Assembly: GCF_009914755.1 (NCBI RefSeq)
Contig: NC_060938.1
Reading direction: 5' to 3' (one strand)
DNA: 64,000 bases
DNA from: the human T2T-CHM13v2.0 reference genome, Homo sapiens
Shown: piece by piece, positions 14,997-26,655 of the stretch
Position numbering within the stretch: the first letter of the stretch is position 1
Layout of the letters: every line of letters starts with the position of its first letter
Position numbers and translations under genes: made by a program
The notes under the pieces: model-generated
Databases searched by the model: none
What the model saw: the letters and a program-made list of their open reading frames with translations, nothing else
Told to the model about the DNA's origin: nothing

Positions 14997-15507
14997 ATTT
15001 CATTTCACCATTTCATTTCATTTCCCCTGCACTCCACTCCACTTCACTCCATTCCCCTCCACTCCATTCCATTCCACCGCTCTCCATTCTAATCCATTCC
15101 ATTCCACTCCATTCCTATGCACTACGATCAACTCCATCAACTCCATTCCACTCCAATCCGTTCTGTTCCATTCCATTCCATTCCATTCCATTCCATTCCA
15201 TTCCATTCTGTTCCGTTCCATTCCATTCCATTCCACTCCACTCCATTCCGTTGCACTCCACTCCACTCCATGTTGCTACATTTCACTCCACTCCATTCCA
15301 TTTGACTCCACTCCTCTCCACTCCACTCCATTCTATCCCATTCCTTTCAAATCCACTCCATTCCGTTGCACTCCTCTCCACTCCACTTCACTCCAATTGT
15401 CACCACTCCACTCCACTCCTTTCCATTCCATTCCATTCCATTCCATTCCATTCCATTCCATTCCCTTCCATTCTGTTCCATTCCATTTCATTCCACTGCA
15501 CTCCAAA

Positions 15508-16277
15508 CTTCACATAAAAACTAGACAGAAGATTTCTGAGAAACTTTTTTGTGATATGTGCATTCATCTCACAGAGTTTAACCGTTCTTTTGATTGAGCA
15601 GTTTGGTAAAAGTCTTGTAGTAGAATCTACAAAAGGATATTTGTGAGCGCTTTGAAGCCTGAGGTGAAAAAGGAAATATCTTCACAGAAAAACTAGAAAG
15701 ATGGTTTCTGAGAAAGTGCTCTGTGATGTTTGAATTCATCTCACAGACTTGAATCTTTCTATTGATTTAGCATATTGGAAACAGTCTTTTTGTAGAATCT
15801 GCAAAGGGATATTTGTGTACACTTGGAGGCCAATGGTGAGAAAGGAAATATCTTCACATGAATACTGGACAGAAGCTTTCTGAGAACTTCTGTTTTATGT
15901 GTGCATTCCTCTCAAACAGTTGAACCATTCTTTTGATTGAGCAGTTTGGAAACAGTCTTTTTGTAGAATCAGCAAAGGGATATTTGTGAGCGCTTTGAGT
16001 CCTATGGGGAAAAAGGAAATATTTTCACATAAAAACTCTACAGAAGGTTTCTGAGAAACTGCTTTGTAATGTGTGCATTCATCTCACAGAGGTAAATGTT
16101 TCTTTTCATTGAGTAGACGGGAAACTCTTTTCTTGTAGAATCTGCAAAGGGATATTTGTGAGCACTTTGAGGCTTATGGTGAAAAAGGAAATATCTTCAT
16201 ATAAAATGTAGACAGAAGCTTTCTGAGGAACATATATGTGATTTATGCATTCATCTCATAGAGTTGAACCATTCTGA
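15508..16277 (+). repeat. Monomeric alpha satellite, ~172-bp type, CATTCTGAGAAAC orientation
   Basis: cttcacataaaaactagacagaag...tctgagaaact...gtgcattcatctcacagagttgaac monomers with the A-box (ctatggtgaaaaaggaa). Confidence 0.95.
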
Positions 16278-17451
16278 TTTTTTTTTGGAGCTCTGGGTTT
16301 ATTTTTTAATTATTTACTTTTATTATTATTATACTTTAAGTTTTAGGGAACATGTGTACAACGTGCAGGTTTGTTACATATGTATACATGTGCCATGTTT
16401 GTGTGTTGCTCCCATGAACTCATCATTTAGCATTAGGTATATCTCCTAATGCTATCCCTCCCCCTCCCCCTCCTCCCACCCAACTACAATCCCTGGTGTG
16501 TGGTGTGTGATGTTTCCCTTCCTGTCCATGTGTTCTCTTCGATCAATTCCCAACTATAAGTGAGAACATGTGGTGTTTTATTTTTTGTCCTTGTGATAGT
16601 TCGCTGAGAATGATGGTTTCCAGCTTCATCCATGTCCCTACAAAGGACATGAACTCATCATTTTTTATGGCCGCATAGTGTTCCATGATGTATATGTGCC
16701 ACATTTTCTTCATCCAGTCTATCGTGGTTGGACATTTACGTTGGTTCCAAGTCTTTGCTATTGTGAATAGTGCCGCTATAAACATACGTGTGCATGTGTC
16801 CTTATAGCAGCATGATTTATAATCCTTTGGGTATATACCCAGTAATGGCATGGCTGGGTCAAGTGGTATTTCTAGTTCTGGATCCGTGAGGAATCGCCAT
16901 GCCGACTTCCACAATGGTTGAACTAGTTTACAGTCCCACCAACAGTGCAAAAGTGTTCCTATTTCTCACATCCTCTCCAGCACCTGTTGTTTCCTGACTT
17001 TTTAATGATCGCCATTCTAACTGGTGTGAGAAGGTATCTCATTGTGGTTTTGACTTGCATTTCTCTGATGGCCAGTGAAGAAGAGCATTTTTTCATTGTT
17101 CATTGGCAGCATAAATGTCTTCTTTTGAGAAATGTCTGTTCATATACTTTGCCCACTTTTTGATGGGGTTGTTTGGTTTTTTTCCTGTAAATTTGTCTGA
17201 GTTCATTGTAGATTCTGGATATTAGCCCTGTGTCAGATGAGTAGGTTGCAAAATTTTTCTCCCATTCTATAGAATTCCTGTTCACTCTGATGGTGGTTTC
17301 TTTAGCTGTGCAGAAGCTCCTTAGTTTAATGAGATCCCATTTGTCAATTGTGGCTTTTGTTGCCATTGCTTTAGGTGTTTTAGACATGAAGACCTTGCCC
17401 ATGCCTATGTCCTGAATGCTATTGTCTAGGTTTTCTTCTAGAGATTTTATG
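16278..17451 (-). mobile_element. 5'-truncated L1PA element (about L1PA4-L1PA6), ~1.17 kb: 3'UTR plus ORF2 C-terminus
   Basis: Antisense L1 3' end (tattattatactttaagttttaggg...acaacgtgcaggtttgttacata). ORF track gives ORF2 pieces [14 protein letters not shown]...MFSLIVGN* (16543-16950) and IQDIGMGK...DKWDLIKL (17100-17459). Possible degenerate TSD tgaaccattct / tgacacattat next to a TTTT/GA site. Subfamily is inferred from recalled diagnostic positions. Confidence 0.95.
16543..17451 (-). pseudogene. L1 ORF2p C-terminal (Cys-rich) fragment, frameshifted
   Basis: Two separate ORF2-like ORFs that together cover the ORF2p C-terminus. Confidence 0.9.
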
Positions 17452-20400
17452 TGACACATTATTTTGATTAATCAGTTTGGATACTCTGTTGTTGTAGAAT
17501 CTGCAAGGAGATATTTGTGAGTGCTTTGAGGCCTTTGGTGAAAAAGGAAATACCTTCACATAATAAATAGACAGAAGTTCTCTGAGAAACCTCCCTGTCA
17601 TGTGTGCATTCATCTCACATAGTTGAAACAGTCTTTTGACTGAACAGTTTGAAAACTGTCAATTTGTAGAATTTGCAATGGGATATTTGTGAGCCCTTTG
17701 AGGCCTATGGTGAGAAAGGAAATATCTTCACATAAAAACTAGACAGAAGATTTCAGAGAAACCTCTTTGTGATGTGTGCATTCATCTCACAGAGGCGAAC
17801 CATTCTTTTGATTGAGCAGTTTGTAAACAGACTTTTTGTAGAATCTGCAAAGGGATATTTGTCAGCTCTATGAGGCCTATGGTGAAAAAGGAAATATCTT
17901 CAATAAAAACTATAAAGAATGTTTCTGAGAAGCTGTTTTGCAAGGTGTGCACTCATCTCAGAGAGATAAAAGTTTCTATTCTTTGATGAGTCTGGAAACT
18001 CTGTTCTTGTAAAATCTGCAAAGGGATATTTGTGAGTGGCTTGAGGCCTATGGTAAAAAAGGAAATGTCTTCACATAAAAACTACACAGAAGATTTCAGA
18101 GAAACTTCTTTGTGATATATGCATTCATCTCACAGAGTTGAACCATTCTTTTGATTGAGAAGTTTGGAAACAGTCTTTTCAGAGAATCTGCAAAGGGATA
18201 TTTTGAGCGCTTTGATAGGTATGGTGAAAAGGGAAATATCTTCACATAAAAAGTGGACAGAAGCTTTTGGAGAAACTTCTTTGTGATGTGTGCATTCATC
18301 TCACAGAGTTGAACCTTTCTTTTGATTGAGCAGTTTGAAAATAGTCCTTTTCTAGAATCTGCAGAGGGATATTTGTGAGCCCTTTATGGCCTAAGGAGAA
18401 ATAGGAAATATCTTCACATAAAAACTAGACAGAGGCATTCTGAGAAACTTCTTCATGAAGTGTGCTTTCATTTCACAGAGTTGAATCTCTCTTTTGATTG
18501 AGGAGTTTGGAAACGGCCTTTTTGCAGAATATGCAAATGGATATTTGGAGCACTTTGACGCCTATGGTGAAAAAGGAAATATCTTCACCTAAAAACTATA
18601 CAGAAGCATTCTGAGAAACTTCTTTGTGATGTATGCATTCATCTCACAGAGTTGAAATTTTCTTCTGGTTGAGCAGTTTCAAAACAGTCCCTTTGTAGAA
18701 TCTGCAAAGGGATATTTGTGAACCCATTGAGGCCTATGGTGAAATAGGCAATATCTTCACATAAAAACTAGTCAGAAGATTTCTGAGAAACTTATTTGTG
18801 ATGTGTGCTTTCATCTCACAGAGTTGAACGTTTCTTTTGATTGAGCAGTTTGGAAACACACTTTTTGTAGAATCTGCAAGTGTATATTTGGAGCACTATG
18901 AGGACTATGGTGAAAAAGGAAATATCTTCACATAAAAACTAGAAAGCATCATTCTATGAAACTTCTTTGTGATGTGTGCTTTCATCTCACAGAGTTGAAC
19001 CTTTCTATTCATTGAGCAGTTTGGAAATGATCTTTTTGTAGCATCTGCAAATGGATATTTGGAGTGGTTTGAGGTCTTGGTGAGAAAGGAAATATCTTCA
19101 CATAAAAACTAGACAGAAGCATTCTGAGAAACTTCTTGGTGACATGTGCATTTATAACACAGAGTTGATCCCTTCTTTTGATTAAACAGTTTGGTAACAG
19201 TCTTTTTGTAGTATCTGTAGAGGGATGTTTGCGAGCAGTTTGAGGCCTATGGTGAACAAAGAAATATCTTCACATAAAAACTAGTCAGAAGATTTCTGAG
19301 AAACTTCTTTGTGATGTGTGAATTAATCTCAGAGTGTTGAACCTTTCTTTGGATGGAGCAGTTTGTAAACAATCCTTTTGTAGAATCTGCAAAGGTATAT
19401 TTCTGAGCCCATTGAGGCCTATGGTGAAATATGAAATATCTTCCCATAAAAACTAGACAGAAGGTTTCTAAGAAACTTCTTTGTGATGTGTGCTTCCATC
19501 TCACAGAGTTGAACCTTTCTTTTGATTGAGCAGTTTGGAAACCACCTTTTTGTAGAATCTGCAAATGGATATTTAGAGCACTTTGGGGCCTATGGTAAAA
19601 AAGGAAATATCATTACATAAAAATTCGACGGAAGCATTCTGTGAAATTTCTTTGTGAGGTTTTCATTCATCTCACACAGTTGAACATTTATTTGATTGAA
19701 GATTTGGAAACAGTATTTTTGTAAAATCTACAAAGGGATAATTGTGAACCCTTTGAGGCCTATGGTGAAGTAGGAAATATCTTCACATAAAAATTACACA
19801 GAATCTTTCTGAGAAACTATTTTGTGATGCTTGCATTCATCTCACAGAGTTGAACCTTTCCTTTGCTAGAGCAGTTTGGAAACAGTCCTATTGTAGAATC
19901 CCCAAAGGGATATTTCTCAGCCGATTGAGGTCTTTGGTGATATAGGAAATGTCTTCACATAAAGCTAGACAGAAGCTTTCTGAGAAACTTATTTTTAATG
20001 AGTGCTTTCATCTCAAAGAGTTAAGCATTTCTTTTGACTGAGCAGTTTGGAAACACTCTTTTTGCATAATCTGCAAATGGATAATTGGAGCGTTTCGAGG
20101 CCTATGGTGAAAAAGCAAATATCTTCACATAAAAACTAAACAGAAGCTTTCTGAGAAACAACTTTGTAATGCGTGCATTCATCTCACAGCGTTGAAATCT
20201 TCTTTTGATTGGACAGTTTGTAAACAGTCTTTTTGTAGAATCTACAGATGGATATTTGGAGTGCTTTGAGGCCTATGGTAAAAAAGGAAATATCTTCACA
20301 AAAAAACTAGAAAGAAACATTCTGAGAAACTTCTTTGTGATATGTGCTTTCATCTCACAGAGATGAACCTTTCTTTTCATTGAGCAGCTTGGAAACAGAC

Positions 20401-23400
20401 TTTTTATAGAATATGGAAATGCATATTTGGAGCACTTTGAGGCCTGGGGTGAAAAAGGAAATATCTTCAGATAAACACTAAACAGAAGCTTTCTGAGAAA
20501 CTTCTTTGTGATGCGTGCATTCATATCACAGAGCTGAAACTTTCTTTCGATTTAGCAGTTTGTAAACAGTCTTTTGGTAGAATCTGCGAATGGATATTTT
20601 GAGCATGTTGAGGCCAATGGTGAAAAAGGAAATATCTTCACAAAAAAACTACAAATATACATTCTGAGAAACTTCTTTGTGATGTGTGCTTTCACTTCAC
20701 AGAGTTGAAACTTTCTTTTTATTGAGCAATTTGGAAACAGTCTTTTTGTGGAATCTGCAAATGGATATTTGGAGCACTTTGAGGCCTATGGTGAAAAAGG
20801 AAATATCTCACATGAACCCTAGACAGAAGTATTCTGAGAAACTTCTTTGTCTTGTGTCCATTCATCTCACAGAGTTGAACCTTTCTTTGGATTGAGCAGT
20901 TTGGAAACAGTCTTATTGTAGAATCTGTGAAAAATATTTTTGAGCCCTTTATGGCCCATGGTGAAACAGGAAATATCCTCAAAGAAAAACTAGACAGAAG
21001 CTTTCTGAGAAACTTCTTTGTGATGCATGCTTTCAACACATGGAGTTGTACCTTTCTTTTGATTGAGCAGTTTGGAATGGGTTTTTTTGTGGAATCAGCA
21101 AATGGATGTTTGGAGCACTTTGAGGCCTATGGTGAAAAAGTAAATACCTTCACATAAAAAACACACAGAAGCATTGTGAGAAACATCTCTGTGATGTCTG
21201 CATTCATTTCATACAGTTGAATCCTTCTTTGATTGGGGAGTTTAGAAACAGTCTTTTTGTCGAATCAGCAAATGGATGTTTGGAGCAGTTTGAGGCCTAT
21301 GGTGAAAAAGGAAATATCTTCACATAAAAAACAGACAGAAGGATTGTGAGGAACATCTATGTGATGTGTGCATTCATCTCATAGAGTTGAACCTTTCTTT
21401 GATTGAGCAGTTTGGAAACAGTCCTTTTGTAGAATCTACAAAGGGGTATTTCTGAGCCCATTGAAGCCTAGGGTGAAAAAGAAATGTCTTCACATAAAAA
21501 CTAGATAGAAGCATTCTGATAAACTTCTTTGTGGTGTGTCCGCTCATCTCACAGAGTTGAAACTTTCTTTGGATTGAGCAGTTTGGAAACAGCCCTTTTG
21601 TAGAATTTACAAAAATATTTGTGAGCACTATATGTCCCATGGTGAAATAGGAAATACCTTCACACAAAAACTAGACAGAAGCTTTCTGAGAAACTTCTTT
21701 GTGATGTTTGCTTCCGTGTCATAGGGTTGAACCTTACTTTTGATTGAGCAGTTTGGAAACACTCTTTTTGTAGAATGTACAAATGGGTATTTTGAGTGCT
21801 TTGAGGCCTATAGTGAAAAAAGAAATATTTTCACAGAAAAACTAGACAGATGTATTCTGCAAAACTTCTTTGTGAAGTGTGCATTCATCTCACAGAATTG
21901 AATCTTTCTTTGGATTCAGCAGTTTTCTAAACAGTCCTTTTGTAGAATCTGCAAAGAGATAATTCTGAGCCCACTGAGTCCTATGCTGAAAAAGGAAATA
22001 TCTTCACACAAAAACCTAAGAACCAGACAGAAGCATTCTGAGAAACCTCTTTCTGGTGTGTGCATTCATCTCACAGAGTTGAACCTTTCTTTAGTTTGAA
22101 CAGTTTGGAAACAGTCTTTTTTTTGAATATGCAAATGGATATTTGGGAGCCCTTTACAGCCTATGGTGAAATAGGAAATATCTTCACATAAAAACCAGAC
22201 AGAAGCATTCTGAGAAACTTCTTTGTGATGTGTGTATTCATCTCACAGAATTGAAAATTTCTTTGGATGCAGCAGTTTGGAAACAGTCTTTTTGTAGTAT
22301 CTGCAGAGGGATATTCATGAGCAGTTTAAGGCCTATGGTTAAAACGGATATATCTTCACAGAAAACCTCGACAGATCCATTGTGAGAAACTTCTTTGAGA
22401 TGTGTGCATTCATCTCATAGAGTTGAACCTTTCTTTGGACTGAGCAGTTTTCTAAACAGACCTTTTGTAGAATCTACAAAGGGATACTTCTGAGCCCATT
22501 GAGGCCTATGGTGAAAAAGGAAATATCTTCACATGAAATCTTAACAGAAGCATTCTGAGAAACTTCTTTGTGATGTGTGCATTCATCTCACAGTGTTGAA
22601 ACTTACTTTTGATTGAGCAGATTGGAAACAGTCTTTTTGTACAATCTGCAAAGGGATATTTCTGAGCCATTTGAGGCCTATTGTGAGATAAATATCTTCA
22701 TATAAAAACTAGACAAAAGCATTCTAAGAAACTTCTTTGTAATGTGTGCATTCATCACACAGAGTTGAAACTTTCTTTTGATTGAGCAGTTTGGAGACAG
22801 TCTTTTTGTATAATATGCAAAAGGATATTTGTGAGCCCTTTCAGGCCTATGGTGAAATAGGGAATATCTTCACAAAACAAAAAACTAGACAAAAGCTTCC
22901 TGAGAAAATTCTTTGTGATGTGTGCTTTCATCTCACAGAGTTGAACTTTTCTTTTGATTGAGCAGTTTGGAAACATTCTTTTTGTAGAATCTGAAGATGG
23001 ATATTTGCAGCATTACAGGCCTATGGTGAACAGGAAATTTCTTCACATAAAAACTAGACAGAAGCATTCTGAAAAACTTCCTTGTGATGTGTGCATTCAT
23101 GTCACAGAGTTGAAACTTTCTTTGGATTGAGCAGTTTGGAAAGAGTCCTTTTGTAGAATCTGCAAAAGGATGTTTGTGAGCACATTGGAGCCTATGGTGA
23201 AATAGGAAATGTCTTCACATAAAAACTAGACAGAAGCTTTCTGTAAAACTTCCTTGTGTTGTGTGCTTTCAACTCACAGAGTTGAACCTCTCTTTTGATT
23301 GAGCAGTTTGGAAACACTCTTTTTGTAGAACTTGCAAAAGAATATTTGTAGTGCTTTGAGGCCTATGGTTAAAAAGAAAATATTTGCATATAAAAACTAG

Positions 23401-26400
23401 TCGGAAACTTTCTGGGAAACTTTCTGAGAAACTTCTTTGTGATGTGTGCTTTCATCTCACAGAGTTGGACCTTGTTTTCATTGAGCAGTTTGGCAACAAG
23501 TCATTTTGTAGAATCTGCAAAGGGATATTTGTGAGTGGTTTGAGGCCAATAGTGAAAAAGTAAATATCTTCACCTAAAACCTAGACAGAAGCATTTTGAG
23601 AAAACTCTTTGTGATGTTTGCATTCATCTCACTGAGTTGAACCTTTCTATTCATTAAGCAGTGTTGAATCATACTTTTTGTGCAACCTGCAAAGGAATAT
23701 TTGTTTGCGGTTTGAGACCTATGGTGAAAAAGTAATATCTTCACATAAAAACTAGACAGAAGCATTTTGAGAAACTAATTTTTTATGTGTGCATTGATCT
23801 CACAGAGTTGAACCTTTCTTTTGATGAGGCAGTTTGGAAACAGTTTTTTGTAGAGTCTGAAAAGGGATATTTTTTATCTCTTTGAGGCCTAAGGTGAAAT
23901 AGGAAATATCCTCACATAAAAACTAGACAGAAAATTTCTGAGAAACTTCTTTGTGACGTGGGCTTTCATCTCACAGATGTGAACCTTTATTTTGATTGAG
24001 CAGCTTGGAAAGAGTCTTTTGTAGTGTCTGAAGTGCGCTATTATTGAGTGGACTGAGGCCTATGGTGAAAAAGGAAATGGCTTCTCAAAAAAAGTATACA
24101 GAAGCATTCTGAGAGACTTCTTTGTAATGTGCGCATTCATCTTACAGTGTTAAACCTTTCTTTTGATTGAGCTTTTTGGAAACACTCTTTTTGTAGCATC
24201 TGCAAGAGTATACTTCTGAGCCCATTGAGACCTATTTTGAAATATGAAATATCTTCACATAAAAATTAGATAGAAGGTTTCTAAGAAACTCCTTTGTGAA
24301 GTGTGCTTTCATCTCATAGAGTTGAAACTTTCTTGTGATTAAGCAGTTTGAAAACACTCTTTTTGTAGATTCTGCAAGTGGATATTTGGAGTGCTTTGAG
24401 GCCCATGGTGAAAAAGGAAATATCTTCACATAAAAACTAAACAGAAGTTTTCTGAGAAAATTCTTTGTGATGTGTGCATTCATCACACACAGTTGAACCG
24501 TTCTTTTGATTGAGCAATTTGGAAAAAGTCTTTTTGTAGAATCTGCAAATGGATATTTGGAGCACTTTGAGGCCTATGGTGAAAAATGAAACTTCTTCAC
24601 ATAAAACAAGACAAAAGCATTCTGAGAAACTTCTTAGTGATGTGTGACAAAATTTAGCCTTTCTTTTCATTGAGCAGTTTGCAAGCAGTCTTTTTGGAGA
24701 ATCTGCAAAGGGATATTTCTGAGCCCTTTGAGGCCTATGGTGAAATAGGAAATATCTTTACATAAAAACTAGACAGAAGCTTTCTGAGAAACTTCTTTGT
24801 GATGCGTGCTTTCATCTCACAGAGTTGAACCTTTTTTTTGATGGAGCAGTTTGGATACAGTCATTTCATAGAATCTGCAAAGGGATATTTCTGAGTTCTT
24901 TGAGTCCTATAGTGAAATAGGGATTATCTTCACATAATAACTAGACAGAAGCATTCTGAGAAACTTCTTTGTGGTGTGTCCTTTCATTTCACAGAATTGA
25001 ACCTTTCCTTTGATTGAGCAGTTTGGAAACACTCTTTTTGTAGAACCTGTAAACAGATATTTGGAGCGCTTTGAGGCATAAGGTGAAAAAGGAAGAATCT
25101 GCACACAAGAACTAGATAGAAACTTTCTGAGAAACTTCTTCATGATGCGTGCTTTCATCTCACAGATTCAATCTTTTCTTTTCATTGAGTAGTTTGGGAA
25201 CAAGTCATTTTGTAGAATCTGCAAAGGTATATTTGTGAGCTGTTTGAGGCCTATGGTGAAAAACTAAATATCTTCACATAAAAACCAGACAGAAGCTTTT
25301 TGAGGTAACTCTTTGTGATGTTTGCATTCATCTCAAAGAGTTGAACCTTTCTGTTCATTGAGGAGTTTGGAAACATTCTTTTTGTGCAAACTACAAAGTA
25401 ATATTTCTGAGTGGTTTGAGGCCTATGGTGAAAAAGAAATAACTTCACATAAAAACTAGACACAAGCATTCTGAGAAACTTCCTTTTTATCTGTGCATTC
25501 ACCTCACAGAGTTGGACCTTTCTTTTCATTGAGCAGTTCATAAACAGTCTTTTTGTAGAATCTGCAAAGGGATATTTGTGATCCCATTGAGGCCTACAGT
25601 GAAATAGGAAATATCTTCACATAAATACTAGACAGAAGCTTTCTGAGAAACTTCTTTGTGATGTGTGCTTTCATCCTGCAGAGTTGAACCCTTCTGTTGA
25701 TTGATCACTTTGGAAACAGTCTTTGGAAGAATCTACAAATGGATATTTGGAGAGCTTTGAGGCCTAGGTTTAAAAAGGAAATATATTCACATAAAAAGTA
25801 GAGAGAAGAATTTTGAGAAACTTCTTTGTGATGTGTGCTTTCATTTCACAGAGTTGAATCATTCTTTTGACTGAGCATCTTGGAAACAGTCTTTTTGTAC
25901 AATCTGCAAAGGGATATTTCTGAGCCATTTGAGACCTATGGTGAAAACGAAATATCTGCACATAAAAACTAGACAGAAGCATTCTGAGAAACTTCTTTGT
26001 GATGTGTCCATTCATGTCACAGAGTTGAACCTTACTTTTGTTTGAGCAGTTTGGAAACAGTCGTTTTGTAGAATCTGCAAAGGGATATTTGTGATCCCCT
26101 TATGGCCTGTGGTGAAATACAAAATATCTTCACATAAAAACTAGACAGAAGATTTCTGAGAAACTTCTTTGTGATGTGTACCTTCATCTCACAGTGTTGA
26201 ACCTTTCTTTTGATTGAGCAGTTTGGAAAGTCTTTTTGTAGAATCTGCAAATGGATATTTGGAGATATTTGAGGCCTGTGGTGAAAAAGGAAGTATCTTA
26301 ACATAAAAATTAGACAGAAGATTTCTGAAAAACTTCTTTGTGATGTGTGAATTCATGTCACAGAGTTGAAGCTTTCTTGTGATTGAGTAGTTTGGAAACA

Positions 26401-26655
26401 CTCTTTTTGTAGAATCTGCAAAGGGTTATTTATGAGCGGTTTGAGGCCTATGGTGAAAAAGGGAGTATCAGCAAATAAAAACTAGACAGAAACTTTCTGA
26501 GAAACTTATCTGTGATGTGTGCATTCATCTCGCAGAGTGGAAGTTTTCTTTGATTGAGCAGTTTGGAAACAGTCTTTTTGTAGAATCTGCAAAGGGATAT
26601 ATGTAGGTGGTTTGAGGTCTATAGTGAAAACGGAAATATCTTCACATAAAAACTA
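17452..26655 (+). repeat. Monomeric alpha satellite, irregular mix of GGGATATTTGTGAG (172-type) and TGGATATTTGGAG (171-type) monomers
   Basis: Period of about 171-172 bp with A-box monomers. No TTCG-N4-A-N2-CGGG motif seen. Confidence 0.95.

Larger units (their letters stand above)
1..15507 (+). repeat. Human satellite 3 (HSat3/SatIII), divergent (CATTC)n with many CACTC and CATTCGA variants, C-rich strand on +
   Basis: Continuous CATTC/CACTC pentamers. CACTC-rich blocks alternate with CATTCGATTC/CATTCGAGTC-rich blocks. I did not see the CATCATCGAATGG-type unit that typifies HSat2. Confidence 0.96.

Noticed and set aside
36-15517. Many long ORFs (up to 362 aa) rich in HSIPF / MEWNG
   Set aside because: (CATTC)n and (GAATG)n contain no stop codon in any frame, so long ORFs are expected. 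There is no non-repetitive protein content.
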